Part shown: positions 16,168 to 25,137 of the stretch, piece by piece
How positions within the stretch are numbered: position 1 is the first letter of the stretch
How the letters are laid out: every line of letters begins with the position of its first letter
Origin: Candidatus Moraniibacteriota bacterium
Lineage (GTDB): Bacteria; Patescibacteriota; Minisyncoccia; Moranbacterales; UBA2206
Length of the DNA stretch: 59,654 nucleotides
Direction: 5' to 3'
Assembly (NCBI GenBank): GCA_049303905.1
Contig: JBAQNP010000005.1
Location: forward strand, 1 to 59,654
The notes under the pieces: model-generated
What the model was told of the DNA's origin: nothing
What the model saw: only the letters and a program-made list of their open reading frames with translations
Databases searched by the model: none
Translations under genes and position numbers: made by a program

Positions 16168-16420
16168 AGTCGTTCTACGGTTAACGAGCATATTTTGAAT
16201 ATTTATGCCGAAAAAGAGCTAAATGAAGCTGAATCTGTGAGAAAAATCGGAATTTCCGATTTTTCTACCAAACCGACCAATTTTTATAATCTAGATATTA
16301 TTATTTCTGAACGAATATAAAAAATATCAGGCAAAAACTTTTTCATTGGTAGAAAAAGATTATTTGGAAAGCATTAAAATTTTAGAGAAAAAAGTTAAAA
16401 ATAATAAACCAAAAAAATAA
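16168..16420 (+). pseudogene. RhuM-like gene remnant (two fragments in different frames)
   Basis: 16168-16320 translates SRSTVNEHILNIYAEKELNEAESVRKIGISDFSTKPTNFYNLDIIISERI*, the RhuM core pattern ..HI.NI..E.EL.......YNLD.IIS... 16325-16420 translates [31 protein letters not shown], a C-terminal end. There is no start codon and most of the gene is missing. Confidence 0.55.
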
Positions 16421-16421
16421 T

Positions 16422-17591
16422 ATGAAAACAATTTTAAAAACCGACATTACTGTCAAGGATGTTTGTGAAGGGTTCATCTATAACGAACTTGAAGGCAAGG
16501 GACTTTTTGGTTTGTCTGGAAAATTAACCATTCAACCAGAATATCAACGCAATTATATCTACGCTTCCGATGGTGGAAAAAGAGAGATGGCTGTTATCGA
16601 ATCAATCCTTAAGGGTTATCCGATAGGTTTGATTTATTTTAATAAAGTTTCCGAAAAAAATTTGGAGGTTTTGGATGGGCAACAACGCATTACCAGCCTT
16701 GGACGGTTTGTGACTGATAAATTTGCCATCAAAGATGAAAATGGTATGGAGCAATATTTTAGTGGTATCGCAAAAGATAAGCAAAAGAAAATTTTGGAAA
16801 CAAAATTACTAATTTACAAATGTGAAGGCACTGAAAGTGAGATAAAAGAATGGTTTCGGACGATTAATATTGCCGGTGTGCCACTTAATAATCAGGAACT
16901 TCTTAATGCGGTTTATTCTGGTCCGTTTGTAACTCTTAGTAAGGAAGAATTTAGTAACAGCCAAAACGCCAATATTCAAAAATGGAGCGCTTATGTATCA
17001 GGTAGCGCCAACCGGCAAGAATTTTTAGAATGCGCACTAGATTGGGTAAGCAAAGGAAATATTGGTGATTATATGAGCAGTCATCGTAATGATAAAAATA
17101 TTACTGAATTAAAAACCTATTTTAACAGTGTGATTGATTGGGTATCTAGTGTATTTACTGATGTTGAGAGTGAGATGAAAGGCCTTGAATGGGGTCGATT
17201 ATATGAGGAGTATCACAAGAAAGCTTATGGTCCTGCTAAAGTGTCGGCAGAAGTGAAAAAACTTTACGGTGATCCGTATATCAAAAATCGAAAAGGTATT
17301 TTTGAATATATTCTCGGTGGATCCGTCAACACAAAATTGCTTGAGGTTCGAATTTTTGATGAAGCAACCAAAAAATCGATTTATGCTGTGCAAACTGCCA
17401 AAGCCGAAAAGAAAGGCAAATCAAACTGCTCGCATTGTGCTATTGGGCATGATGCTAACAAAAGCAAGATTTGGAAGTTAGACGAAATGGACGCCGATCA
17501 TGTGACAGCTTGGAGTAAGGGTGGTGCAACTTCTATTAAAAATTGCGAGATGTTATGCAAGACGCATAATCGAGCGAAAGGGAATCGATAG
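16422..17591 (+). CDS. DUF262 (GmrSD N-terminal-like) plus HNH endonuclease fusion, a candidate type IV restriction enzyme
   Basis: 389-aa ORF with [11 protein letters not shown] and [10 protein letters not shown] (DUF262 motifs) and a C-terminal HNH ([32 protein letters not shown]). Confidence 0.85.
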   Translation: MKTILKTDITVKDVCEGFIYNELEGKGLFGLSGKLTIQPEYQRNYIYASDGGKREMAVIESILKGYPIGLIYFNKVSEKNLEVLDGQQRITSLGRFVTDKFAIKDENGMEQYFSGIAKDKQKKILETKLLIYKCEGTESEIKEWFRTINIAGVPLNNQELLNAVYSGPFVTLSKEEFSNSQNANIQKWSAYVSGSANRQEFLECALDWVSKGNIGDYMSSHRNDKNITELKTYFNSVIDWVSSVFTDVESEMKGLEWGRLYEEYHKKAYGPAKVSAEVKKLYGDPYIKNRKGIFEYILGGSVNTKLLEVRIFDEATKKSIYAVQTAKAEKKGKSNCSHCAIGHDANKSKIWKLDEMDADHVTAWSKGGATSIKNCEMLCKTHNRAKGNR

Positions 17592-17616
17592 TAATAAATT
17601 TAATTTGCATACAATT

Positions 17617-18159
17617 ATGAAAAAACAGGACGAATATTATTACGATGCTTTAGAGCTACTGGGCGCTGGAAGGGCGGGAGTGAAAAAGGCTATAAAACTT
17701 TTGGAATCTGCTTTGGAAATGGATGAAGATTATGTCCAGACATACATTGGTTTTATTTCTGTCTATGGAAATTTAGGGAAAAAGAAAGAGTATGAAAAAA
17801 TGGTTAAGCTGGCATATGAAAAAACATTGAAAAAATTTCCGAAATGGCCAAAAGAAATGGAATGGGGATGGCTGGAAAATCGCGCCTATTTAAGAGCGAT
17901 TCAATATATGGCGGAGTGGTATTGGGATAATGAAGAAAATGATAAGGCTGTAGATTTGTTTAGGCTTTTATTGAAATTAAATCCCAATGATAATCAAGGA
18001 GTGAGATATGAAATCGCTGGACTGTATGCGGGATTGAACGGTGAAAAAATTAATAGAATGTTTGATGAGGGAAATGCTAATCAAAATTGGGATGCTTTGG
18101 AAAAACTTACTGATGATCAGAATAAAAAACATAAGTTTTGGAAACAGCCGAAGTGTTAA
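17617..18159 (+). CDS. TPR-like helical repeat protein
   Basis: The start is moved to the in-frame ATG at 17617 (MKKQDEYYYDALELL...) because the track start at 17521 overlaps the HNH gene. It has an Ala/Leu/Tyr-rich helical repeat pattern (AVDLFRLLLKLNPNDNQG). Confidence 0.6.
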   Translation: MKKQDEYYYDALELLGAGRAGVKKAIKLLESALEMDEDYVQTYIGFISVYGNLGKKKEYEKMVKLAYEKTLKKFPKWPKEMEWGWLENRAYLRAIQYMAEWYWDNEENDKAVDLFRLLLKLNPNDNQGVRYEIAGLYAGLNGEKINRMFDEGNANQNWDALEKLTDDQNKKHKFWKQPKC

Positions 18160-18223
18160 ACGCAAAAGCATTATCTACTATTTTAATTACATACCAAATT
18201 ACATATTAAATTAAAACAAAACT

Positions 18224-18442
18224 ATGGCTAAACGCGCGCAAAATGAAAATCAGGTTAGAAAATTGACTAAGTTGGGCAAAAAAAGTCTCTGCGTCACAAT
18301 TCCGATTGAAATCATCCGTGAATTTGGCTGGCGGGAGAAACAGAAGATGGTCGTCAAGAAATCCGGCCGGAAAATCACAATCGAAGATTGGCCCGCTTCG
18401 ACTCGAAGAAACATTTCGTCGAATCGAGGCGAGAAAAAATAA
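18224..18442 (+). CDS. AbrB/MazE/SpoVT-type DNA-binding protein with a repeat-derived C-terminal tail
   Basis: 72-aa ORF in which SLCVTIPIEIIREFGWREKQKMVVKKSGRKITIE is a swapped-hairpin AbrB-like pattern. The last 17 aa come from repeat family B. Confidence 0.65.
   Translation: MAKRAQNENQVRKLTKLGKKSLCVTIPIEIIREFGWREKQKMVVKKSGRKITIEDWPASTRRNISSNRGEKK
18392..18433. repeat. dispersed repeat family B, copy 3 (divergent, forms the 3' end of the AbrB-like ORF)
   Basis: cccgcttcgactcgaagaaacatttcgtcgaatcgaggcgag is translated as ASTRRNISSNRG, compared with ASTRGDDRSSTRG in uvrA. Confidence 0.65.
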
Positions 18443-18484
18443 TTCTGAAATTATGTGCTATACTAGATAAGTAATTCGACTGTG

Positions 18485-18538
18485 CTCGCAGTAATATTCG
18501 CATGTCCGGCATTCGCAACGCCGGTTCACGAACGAATA
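18485..18538. repeat. ttcgca/ttcacg cluster (family D), copy 2
   Basis: ctcgcagtaatattcgcatgtccggcattcgcaacgccggttcacgaacgaata, with an inner hairpin ccggc..gccgg. An extended -10 (TGtgcTATACT) lies just upstream at 18464-18474. Confidence 0.55.
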
Positions 18539-18552
18539 GTGAGTGAAAAACT

Positions 18553-19290
18553 ATGTTTTTAAAGTTGCAACCACTTCTATACACTCTACTTTTTCTAGCT
18601 GGCTTGGAACTCATTGTTTTTTTTCATGAACATGTTCCGCTAATCATCCTTTTTTTGCTCTCGATGGCGATGTTTCAGGGCTGGAAAATTGGGAGGAAAT
18701 GGAAATTTTCCGTTTTGCCAATTTCTTTTGTGCTTTCTTCAGTGGCGCTACTCTATCTCGTGACAATTCGCTATGAGCAACAAGCCTTCATAATTTTGGC
18801 TTCGGGTATGTATTATCTTTCTCTTTTGGGCGCGTATCGCTTGAGTTTATATGAAAATGATCAAACTGCTAGAGGCATGAATATGGCAGCCACAGTTTCT
18901 ACTATTTTTTTTGTGTATGCTAGCGCTTACGGATTGTATTTGAATTTTTTAGTTCCACTATATTACCTAATACTAGTTTATCTTTTTGTTACTCTTTTTG
19001 TGAGCTACCAATATTTTTCTATAATCTACCCTCACAAAAAAACCGCTTGGATTTATAGTTTGCTCATTGCTCTTATAATGTCGGAGATTGTTTGGACTAT
19101 AAGTTTTTGGCCCTTTGGCTATTTGACGAGTGGAGTAATTGCGCTTATACTATATTTTATACTTTGGGACATCATTCAAAGTTATTTCCTGTGTATTTTA
19201 AGCAAAAAAAGAGCAGTCGCTAATTTAATTTTTTTCTCTATTCTAATTGGCCTTGTGCTCATTAGTTCTAAGTGGATACCAGTAATTTAA
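18553..19290 (+). CDS. polytopic membrane protein
   Basis: 245-aa ORF with about 7 hydrophobic segments and no recognisable motif. Confidence 0.7.
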   Translation: MFLKLQPLLYTLLFLAGLELIVFFHEHVPLIILFLLSMAMFQGWKIGRKWKFSVLPISFVLSSVALLYLVTIRYEQQAFIILASGMYYLSLLGAYRLSLYENDQTARGMNMAATVSTIFFVYASAYGLYLNFLVPLYYLILVYLFVTLFVSYQYFSIIYPHKKTAWIYSLLIALIMSEIVWTISFWPFGYLTSGVIALILYFILWDIIQSYFLCILSKKRAVANLIFFSILIGLVLISSKWIPVI

Positions 19291-19299
19291 ATAATATTT

Positions 19300-20430
19300 A
19301 TGTTTAAAAAAACAATTCTCATTTTAGGAATAGTCCTAATTGCAGGACTGAGTGGAATAATTGCCGATCGTTATTTTTTCCCATACTTGGCTAATAGTCG
19401 ATTTTTCGCAAAAAATGAATTTCTAAAAAAAGCCACAGAGAACGTGACTGTTATTAACAAAACGGAACAAGTTTATATCAAGGAAGAATCTTCGATAAAT
19501 AAAATAACCAACCAGATCGTTCCGACTATTGTAAATGTCGTTTCCTATCAAGAAAATGCAAACAATAAAAACAATCTAATATCAAGCACAAATAATACTG
19601 GGGAAATATTAACTAGTGATGGAATAATTATGACAAGTGCCAGCGCTATTATTCCAAATGGAAATTATAAAGTCATCTTGAATGATGGCAATATTCATGA
19701 CGCAAAAATTTTAGGCATAGACAAATGGAGCAATTTAGCCTTTTTAAAAATTATTGCCAGTAACTTGCCCGTGATGCCTTTCGGTAATTCGGATGAATAT
19801 AATCCGGGAGAAAAATTGATTGCAATTAGTAATAACACACCAAATTATCAAAATAAATTCACCGCCGGGCTTCTAAGTAGTTTTGACACCTCATTTAACA
19901 TCTCCGGTGAAGCGCTTTCAAAAGCAGAAAATATAGAAGGAGTTTTTTTGACTGATTTTAATGAAAAAATACTTTCAATCGGTAGTCCAGTTATCGATTA
20001 TTCAGGTCAAATGATGGGTGTCACTGGCTCAGCTATGAAAAACGGGCGTTTGGAATATTTTCAAATTCCATCGAATAAAATAAAACTTATTTTAGAAAAA
20101 GTCATCGATAATTCATTGGATTCAAGTATCGCTCTTGGAATTTACTATTTACCGATAAATAAATCACTTGCATTGGCGAATAATCTATCAACTGAGCAAG
20201 GGGCATTGATCTATAGCGCTTCTGGCCAACAAGGCTTGGCGGTAATTTCCAATTCTTCAGCTGATAAGGCAGGACTAAAAATAAATGATATTATAAAAAA
20301 AGTTGGAGATGAGGAAATAACTAACAAAAATAATTTGTCAGATATTTTATATGAATATAAAAAGGGGGATAAGGTTGAATTTACGGTTTTACGAGTGGGG
20401 AAGGAAATGAAATTAGAGGTGCAATTATAA
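19300..20430 (+). CDS. HtrA/DegP-like trypsin-fold plus PDZ protein with a degenerate catalytic triad
   Basis: 376-aa ORF with an N-terminal TM. The fold aligns by eye to DegP, but TNNHVV reads TSASAI, SDIALI reads SNLAFL and GNSGG reads LSIGS. A PDZ-like C-terminus is present (GLKINDIIKKVGDEEI...VEFTVLRVGKEMKLEVQL). Confidence 0.75.
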   Translation: MFKKTILILGIVLIAGLSGIIADRYFFPYLANSRFFAKNEFLKKATENVTVINKTEQVYIKEESSINKITNQIVPTIVNVVSYQENANNKNNLISSTNNTGEILTSDGIIMTSASAIIPNGNYKVILNDGNIHDAKILGIDKWSNLAFLKIIASNLPVMPFGNSDEYNPGEKLIAISNNTPNYQNKFTAGLLSSFDTSFNISGEALSKAENIEGVFLTDFNEKILSIGSPVIDYSGQMMGVTGSAMKNGRLEYFQIPSNKIKLILEKVIDNSLDSSIALGIYYLPINKSLALANNLSTEQGALIYSASGQQGLAVISNSSADKAGLKINDIIKKVGDEEITNKNNLSDILYEYKKGDKVEFTVLRVGKEMKLEVQL

Positions 20431-20431
20431 T

Positions 20432-20519
20432 AGCGATGCGAATCTACGAATACATGCGAATGCCACGAATTATTTTGCATAATTCGCATGAAATTCGCAT
20501 TGTTTGCATCGCTTTTTTT
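20432..20519. terminator. family D repeat forming a bidirectional terminator between convergent genes
   Basis: The outer stem agcgatgc (20432-39) / gcatcgct (20506-13) is followed by a T-run. The interior is rich in tgcgaat/attcgca units. Confidence 0.6.
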
Positions 20520-21759
20520 ATTTATATCTTAGCGCTTCCAAAGCATTTAGTTTGGCTGCGCGTCTGGCTGGATAAATTCCAGTAATCACACCCACAACTG
20601 TGGAAAATATCATTATAAAAGCGATAAACCAAACCGGTCTAGCGAACAAATTAGCTTGGACTCCTCCAAACATTCCAGCTAGGAAATTCATTCCATAATT
20701 TACTAGACTACTCAAAAGAAACCCCATAACTACTCCAAAAAATCCTCCGAAAAATCCAATAATCATTGACTCCGTAAGGAACATTCGCCAAATATCATAG
20801 GAAGAAGCCCCGATGGTTTTCATAATACCAATTTCTTGAGTTCTTTCCAAAAGAGCAATGGTCATGGTGTTAAACATTCCGATGGCACTAACTACTAAAG
20901 CGACTACTCCAAACAAAGCCAGTACTATTTGAGCAATAGAGAAAATTTGCTTCGCTTGATCAACTGTTTCTGAAACAGAACTAACGAAAAATCCTTTCTC
21001 AATGATGCGAGCTCGAGCCGGCTCAAGATTGGTGGTTGAATTTACCCGTACTTTCAATTTGTCATAAGTATTAAAAGTTATCTCAGAAACAGAAGAGTCG
21101 GGGATATACATGTATGCATTAGAAATATCAGCTACCACGCCAGCAATCTTGTAGGTTTTATTTATATATTCAACCGAAGCTGTCTCCATGACGACATTTT
21201 CTCCAGCCGGAGTTTCTTCAGTAGAAACTGCTTGGTTGTTTTGTTTTGGAGGATTTTTGGCAAGTCGGATAGTTATTTCATTATTAGCAAAATCATCCTT
21301 GTTAATATCTAATAATTGCAAAGCAGCCAAAGAAATTATCATCTTGTCATTTTCTCCATCTTTAAAAATCTTTCCTTTATCCACAGATATACCCTCAAGA
21401 CTAAGGAATCGAGGGTTTACAATATTTATCTTAGCTGCTGAAGTAAGTCCATTGCCAGAAACTTGAGCATCTTGGGAGATTAGAGGAAAAATATCAGTTA
21501 TTTCTGAAATTTCTTTGATAGATTTCACACTGTCTTGATTTAAGTCTATAGCTTCGCTATTTTGCGTCACATCCAAGGCAAGAAGAGAATCTTGCGTGGC
21601 GATATTTTCCAAAATAAGAGTTTGCAAACCATAGCCCAAAGAAACTAAAAAGAAAATAGTTCCAATACCGATACTAATGCCGAGAACGGTGAGTAATGTT
21701 CGCAAACGATTGTTTTTGAAAGATCGAGTTGAAATTCGAAATACATCTATGGATAACAT
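20518..21759 (-). CDS. ABC transporter permease, FtsX/MacB-like
   Basis: 413-aa ORF with an N-terminal TM, a large periplasmic-type loop and a C-terminal 3-TM FtsX domain (..IGIMKTIGASSYDIWRMFLTES..). Confidence 0.85.
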   Translation of the reverse strand: MLSIDVFRISTRSFKNNRLRTLLTVLGISIGIGTIFFLVSLGYGLQTLILENIATQDSLLALDVTQNSEAIDLNQDSVKSIKEISEITDIFPLISQDAQVSGNGLTSAAKINIVNPRFLSLEGISVDKGKIFKDGENDKMIISLAALQLLDINKDDFANNEITIRLAKNPPKQNNQAVSTEETPAGENVVMETASVEYINKTYKIAGVVADISNAYMYIPDSSVSEITFNTYDKLKVRVNSTTNLEPARARIIEKGFFVSSVSETVDQAKQIFSIAQIVLALFGVVALVVSAIGMFNTMTIALLERTQEIGIMKTIGASSYDIWRMFLTESMIIGFFGGFFGVVMGFLLSSLVNYGMNFLAGMFGGVQANLFARPVWFIAFIMIFSTVVGVITGIYPARRAAKLNALEALRYK

Positions 21760-21760
21760 A

Positions 21761-23137
21761 TTATATTTTTTTTACTTGATTATTTATATTATTTTTAGAT
21801 TGTTCATTGTTTTTTTCTGGTTCTATTTTCAAACCAAAACCAACAATTAAAATCAAATCTAACTCGCGCAGTATTTTATGCACTGTTTGCTTGTTGAGTC
21901 CTGCTCCACCGGCATTTTGTGGCATGTCTAATAGTTTTCTGAAATCGATAAATGGTATTTCATCATCAATTCTTCTTCTAATTAGATCAGCCACTTTCGT
22001 TCTAGAATCTTCAGGGATATGTATATTTCTTTTTTGAATAAAATAATTTATAACAAACTTGGCTTTTTCTTCAGAAGTATGTTTACCAAATACTTCTACA
22101 GCTGTTTTTGCTAATTCTTCTAGCTCTAAGGTGAAATTTTTTGCAATACGTTGGTCAAGTCCCGCACCGCCCTTTTCCATCGGTCTGTCTAATTGCTCAA
22201 AAAGATTTTGTTCGCTATAGACACCCGACATCTTTAGCCGAATTGATTCTTCGATAACTTTCATCTGATTTTCCTCATAAGGAATAAAGAATGATTCTGC
22301 AATAAGCTTGGCTTTCAAAGGTTCCATAAGAAAACTAATTTGCTTTTCAGATAGTCCACGGAATTTTTCCATAATCTTATCAAAGACTGATTTGCCTTCT
22401 TCGGCCTTAGATTGAACTTCACGGGAAGTTCCATTTGCATCTTTCCATTCTTCTTTAGTGATTTTTCCGTCTTTCATGTAGATGATATGTGTTCCCCAGT
22501 CAACATTTTCTGGATTATGCGTGACAAGAATGATTGTTTTGCCTTCTTGCTTGTTCAATTCTCCCAAGATTTGCATCACATTATTAGCCGAAGCGCTGTC
22601 CAAGTTTCCTACCGGTTCGTCAGCTAACACTAAAAATGGATCATTTACAATTGACCTAGCAATACCAATTCTTTGTTGCTGTCCACCAGATAATTGACTA
22701 GGCACTTTTTTCCATTGTTCCTTTATCCCAAATCTTTCTAGGAGCATCATAACTTTTCTCTCTCTTTCGCCCTTCCGGACATTAACAAAAATTTGTGGCA
22801 AAGCCACATTATCCAAAACGGATAGCGTTGAAATCAAATTGTAAGACTGAAAGACCATTCCAATTTTACTGCGATGAAATTGAATTCGCTCAGTGGCCTT
22901 CATTCTCAGAATATCAATATCATTTATCCGAACATTTCCCTCGTCTGGATCTTCTAGTCCGGCGATAATATTCAAAAGTGATGATTTTCCGCAACCAGAT
23001 GGTCCAAGAATCACCACAAACTCTCCTTTTTTAATTGTTAAATTAATGTCATGCAAAGATTGAAAAGCATTGTCTTTTCCACGATTGTAGGTGAGATTAA
23101 TATGCTCCATCTCAACCAATTTTTCTTTTAGTTCCAT
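21761..23137 (-). CDS. ABC transporter ATP-binding protein (MacB/LolD-like) with a ~230-aa C-terminal extension
   Basis: Has Walker A GPSGCGKSS, LSGGQQQRIGIARS, Walker B LVLADEPVGNLD and VTHN. Residues about 226-458 are extra and contain two LD.P...GGAGL motifs. Confidence 0.9.
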   Translation of the reverse strand: MELKEKLVEMEHINLTYNRGKDNAFQSLHDINLTIKKGEFVVILGPSGCGKSSLLNIIAGLEDPDEGNVRINDIDILRMKATERIQFHRSKIGMVFQSYNLISTLSVLDNVALPQIFVNVRKGERERKVMMLLERFGIKEQWKKVPSQLSGGQQQRIGIARSIVNDPFLVLADEPVGNLDSASANNVMQILGELNKQEGKTIILVTHNPENVDWGTHIIYMKDGKITKEEWKDANGTSREVQSKAEEGKSVFDKIMEKFRGLSEKQISFLMEPLKAKLIAESFFIPYEENQMKVIEESIRLKMSGVYSEQNLFEQLDRPMEKGGAGLDQRIAKNFTLELEELAKTAVEVFGKHTSEEKAKFVINYFIQKRNIHIPEDSRTKVADLIRRRIDDEIPFIDFRKLLDMPQNAGGAGLNKQTVHKILRELDLILIVGFGLKIEPEKNNEQSKNNINNQVKKI

Positions 23138-23199
23138 TTTTTATTTTAAAGTTTGTTAGAGACTAATTTATGATGAAATTATACTACACTTTCTGATAT

Positions 23200-23228
23200 T
23201 TGACAAACTCTTTGTTTTCTGCTACTAT
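23200..23228 (+). promoter_or_regulatory. sigma70-like promoter for the LPXTG/sortase genes
   Basis: TTGACA, a 17-nt spacer, then TACTAT. The whole box is near-identical to the one at 24819. Confidence 0.55.
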
Positions 23229-23304
23229 CTCTGACTAAGGATTTTGTCTTAATTTAAGGCCTAAATTGTAGTATTATAATAAAGTTAATTAATTTTTAAA
23301 ATAT

Positions 23305-23862
23305 ATGAAAAAAATCACAAATTACACCAAAACATCCATCGCTTTGATTGCCACATTTTTGTTTTTGGCTAGCACTGCTTTTGCGGATGTGTCTATCGAT
23401 GTAGAGAATAAGTCTACTAATAATGTAACTGCGACAGGCGGAAGCGCTACGCAATCACAAAGTCAAAGTCAATCTCAAACACAAAATCAAGGAAAATCAA
23501 ATGGAGGATTATGCTCAAATTGCGGATCTTCTTGCGGTTCATCCTGTGGTTCATCTTCAAGTTCTCAGTCTCAATCACAATCTCAATCAGCGACAGGCGG
23601 GAGTGTTTCTGTTAACCAAAGTTCAAAAACAGAAGTAGAAGTTGATGTTGACAATGATGGCGATGATGATGACGATGATGACAATAAAGATCATCACCAC
23701 TATTCTTACAACAAAGACGGAAAAAACCACACAAAAGTAATTACAGTCACAAAAAATTTGCCAGCTACAGGAAGTTCAGTAACAGGACTTTTTGCTCTAC
23801 TTGCAGTTTCAATTCTAGCAGCTTTTGGAGTGAAATATACATATAAAAAGTTTGCCAAATAA
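23305..23862 (+). CDS. LPXTG-anchored low-complexity surface protein
   Basis: Has a signal peptide, SQSQSQSQ and CGSSCGSSCGSS runs, a DNDGDDDDDDDNKDHHH tract, then LPATGS plus a TM plus KKFAK as the sorting signal. Confidence 0.8.
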   Translation: MKKITNYTKTSIALIATFLFLASTAFADVSIDVENKSTNNVTATGGSATQSQSQSQSQTQNQGKSNGGLCSNCGSSCGSSCGSSSSSQSQSQSQSATGGSVSVNQSSKTEVEVDVDNDGDDDDDDDNKDHHHYSYNKDGKNHTKVITVTKNLPATGSSVTGLFALLAVSILAAFGVKYTYKKFAK

Positions 23863-23881
23863 TTTTAGTCTTTGAGAGTTT

Positions 23882-24754
23882 TTGAAAAAAATTATGCGCG
23901 GATTATGGCAAAAAATAAAAGGCAGTTGGATAGGTTCTCTTCTTTTCAGCTGTCTTTTTATATCAATCTTTATCGGCTTATTCTATTTAGTTAATCTTGA
24001 TTTTAAGCCTGATTCAAAAAACAAGCCGATTTCGCAATCATTGGCTGGTTTGAATTTGGATGAGGAGATAAAAAAACGTCTTGGCTCGACAGATATTTCA
24101 ATGGAAAGTTATTCGGCCTGGGCGATTCGCCTTGAATTGGATGCTTCAAATTTAGGACTCGATCAAGATCCTGACGGAGATGATCTGGCAAATTATCTAG
24201 AATATGTTTATGGTACTAATCCTTTGTCAAAAGATTCTGACAATGACACCTATTCAGACAAATCAGAAATTGCCAATGGATATGATCCGGATGCTCCCGG
24301 AGACAGCAACATCAAACCGCGAGTAGAAATTTCTATTGCTAAAATTTCAATCTCAGCCCCGATGATTTGGTCAAAGAGTGAAAAGGAACAAGATATGCTC
24401 AAAGAACTGGAAAATGGGCTGGGACATTATTTTAAAACATCCGCTCCCGGACAAGTTGGCAACATGATTGTTTCCGGTCATTCCAGTAATTATATTTGGG
24501 CGAAAGGGGATTATAATCATGTCTTTAAGGATTTGGATAATTTAGAAAAAGGTGATGTTATCATCGCCACCACTTTTCAAAAAAATGGGAAAATTATCAT
24601 TTATCGCTATGTGGTTAGCGAGAAATTTGTGACGGTTCCAAATGACGCGAGAATTTTTGAAAATTCTGAAAACCCAATCCTCACTCTTTCTACTTGTTGG
24701 CCAATTGGCACCAATCTTCGTCGACTTATCGTCAAAGCTGAGTTGCAAAAATAA
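23882..24754 (+). CDS. sortase family transpeptidase
   Basis: The TTG start comes from the track, with an alternative ATG at 23894. It has an N-terminal TM, calcium-binding-like DQDPDGDDL..DSDNDTYSD repeats and the TLSTCWP active-site motif. Confidence 0.85.
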   Translation: MKKIMRGLWQKIKGSWIGSLLFSCLFISIFIGLFYLVNLDFKPDSKNKPISQSLAGLNLDEEIKKRLGSTDISMESYSAWAIRLELDASNLGLDQDPDGDDLANYLEYVYGTNPLSKDSDNDTYSDKSEIANGYDPDAPGDSNIKPRVEISIAKISISAPMIWSKSEKEQDMLKELENGLGHYFKTSAPGQVGNMIVSGHSSNYIWAKGDYNHVFKDLDNLEKGDVIIATTFQKNGKIIIYRYVVSEKFVTVPNDARIFENSENPILTLSTCWPIGTNLRRLIVKAELQK

Positions 24755-24763
24755 AACCAGAGG

Positions 24764-24812
24764 AGACACTGGATGTCTTGTGGTCGTTTCGGTCGAGAGA
24801 CATCCAGTGTCT
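24764..24812. repeat. perfect 15-bp inverted repeat hairpin after the sortase gene
   Basis: agacactggatgtct (24764-78) and agacatccagtgtct (24798-812) are separated by a 19-nt loop. No U-tract follows on the plus strand. Confidence 0.7.
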
Positions 24813-24818
24813 AAAAAC

Positions 24819-24847
24819 TTGACAAAATCTCTATTTTCTGCTAGTAT
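24819..24847 (+). promoter_or_regulatory. sigma70-like promoter, a duplicate of the 23200 box
   Basis: TTGACA, a 17-nt spacer, then TAGTAT. ttgacaaaatctctattttctgctagtat compares with ttgacaaactctttgttttctgctactat. Confidence 0.5.
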
Positions 24848-24875
24848 AGTTGGTTAAATATTGTGCCCTAAAAAT

Positions 24876-24950
24876 TGTCATGCTGAACTTGTTTCAGCAT
24901 CTAAACTAAGCCAAAAAATACATAGATCCTGAAATAAATTCAGGATAACA
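24876..24950. repeat. MITE-like repeat family C, copy 2
   Basis: tgtcatgctgaacttgtttcagcatc...gatcctgaaataaattcaggataaca (terminal ATG mutated to ATA). Confidence 0.8.
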
Positions 24951-25137
24951 TAAAATATTATCCCTACGCCATTTTTAGTTATTTTTAGCTAAAAATAGCG
25001 TGCTGATAAATGACGCCGAGCGACCTTTGAAAAACAATTTCGAGCCTTCAAAAGCTCGGGTTCATATATTAATATATTATATTTAAAACAAACAACAAAC
25101 AAACTATAAGAGGGCGAAAAGCCCGGGAGGTTTTACC

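Noticed and set aside
17521-17616. A longer start for the TPR ORF at 17521.
   Set aside because: It overlaps the last 71 nt of the HNH gene in another frame. The in-frame ATG at 17617 follows the HNH stop and gives a sensible N-terminus.
24764-24812. Treating the 15-bp perfect hairpin after the sortase gene as an intrinsic terminator.
   Set aside because: No U-tract follows on the plus strand (aaaaac follows), so I list it only as an inverted repeat.
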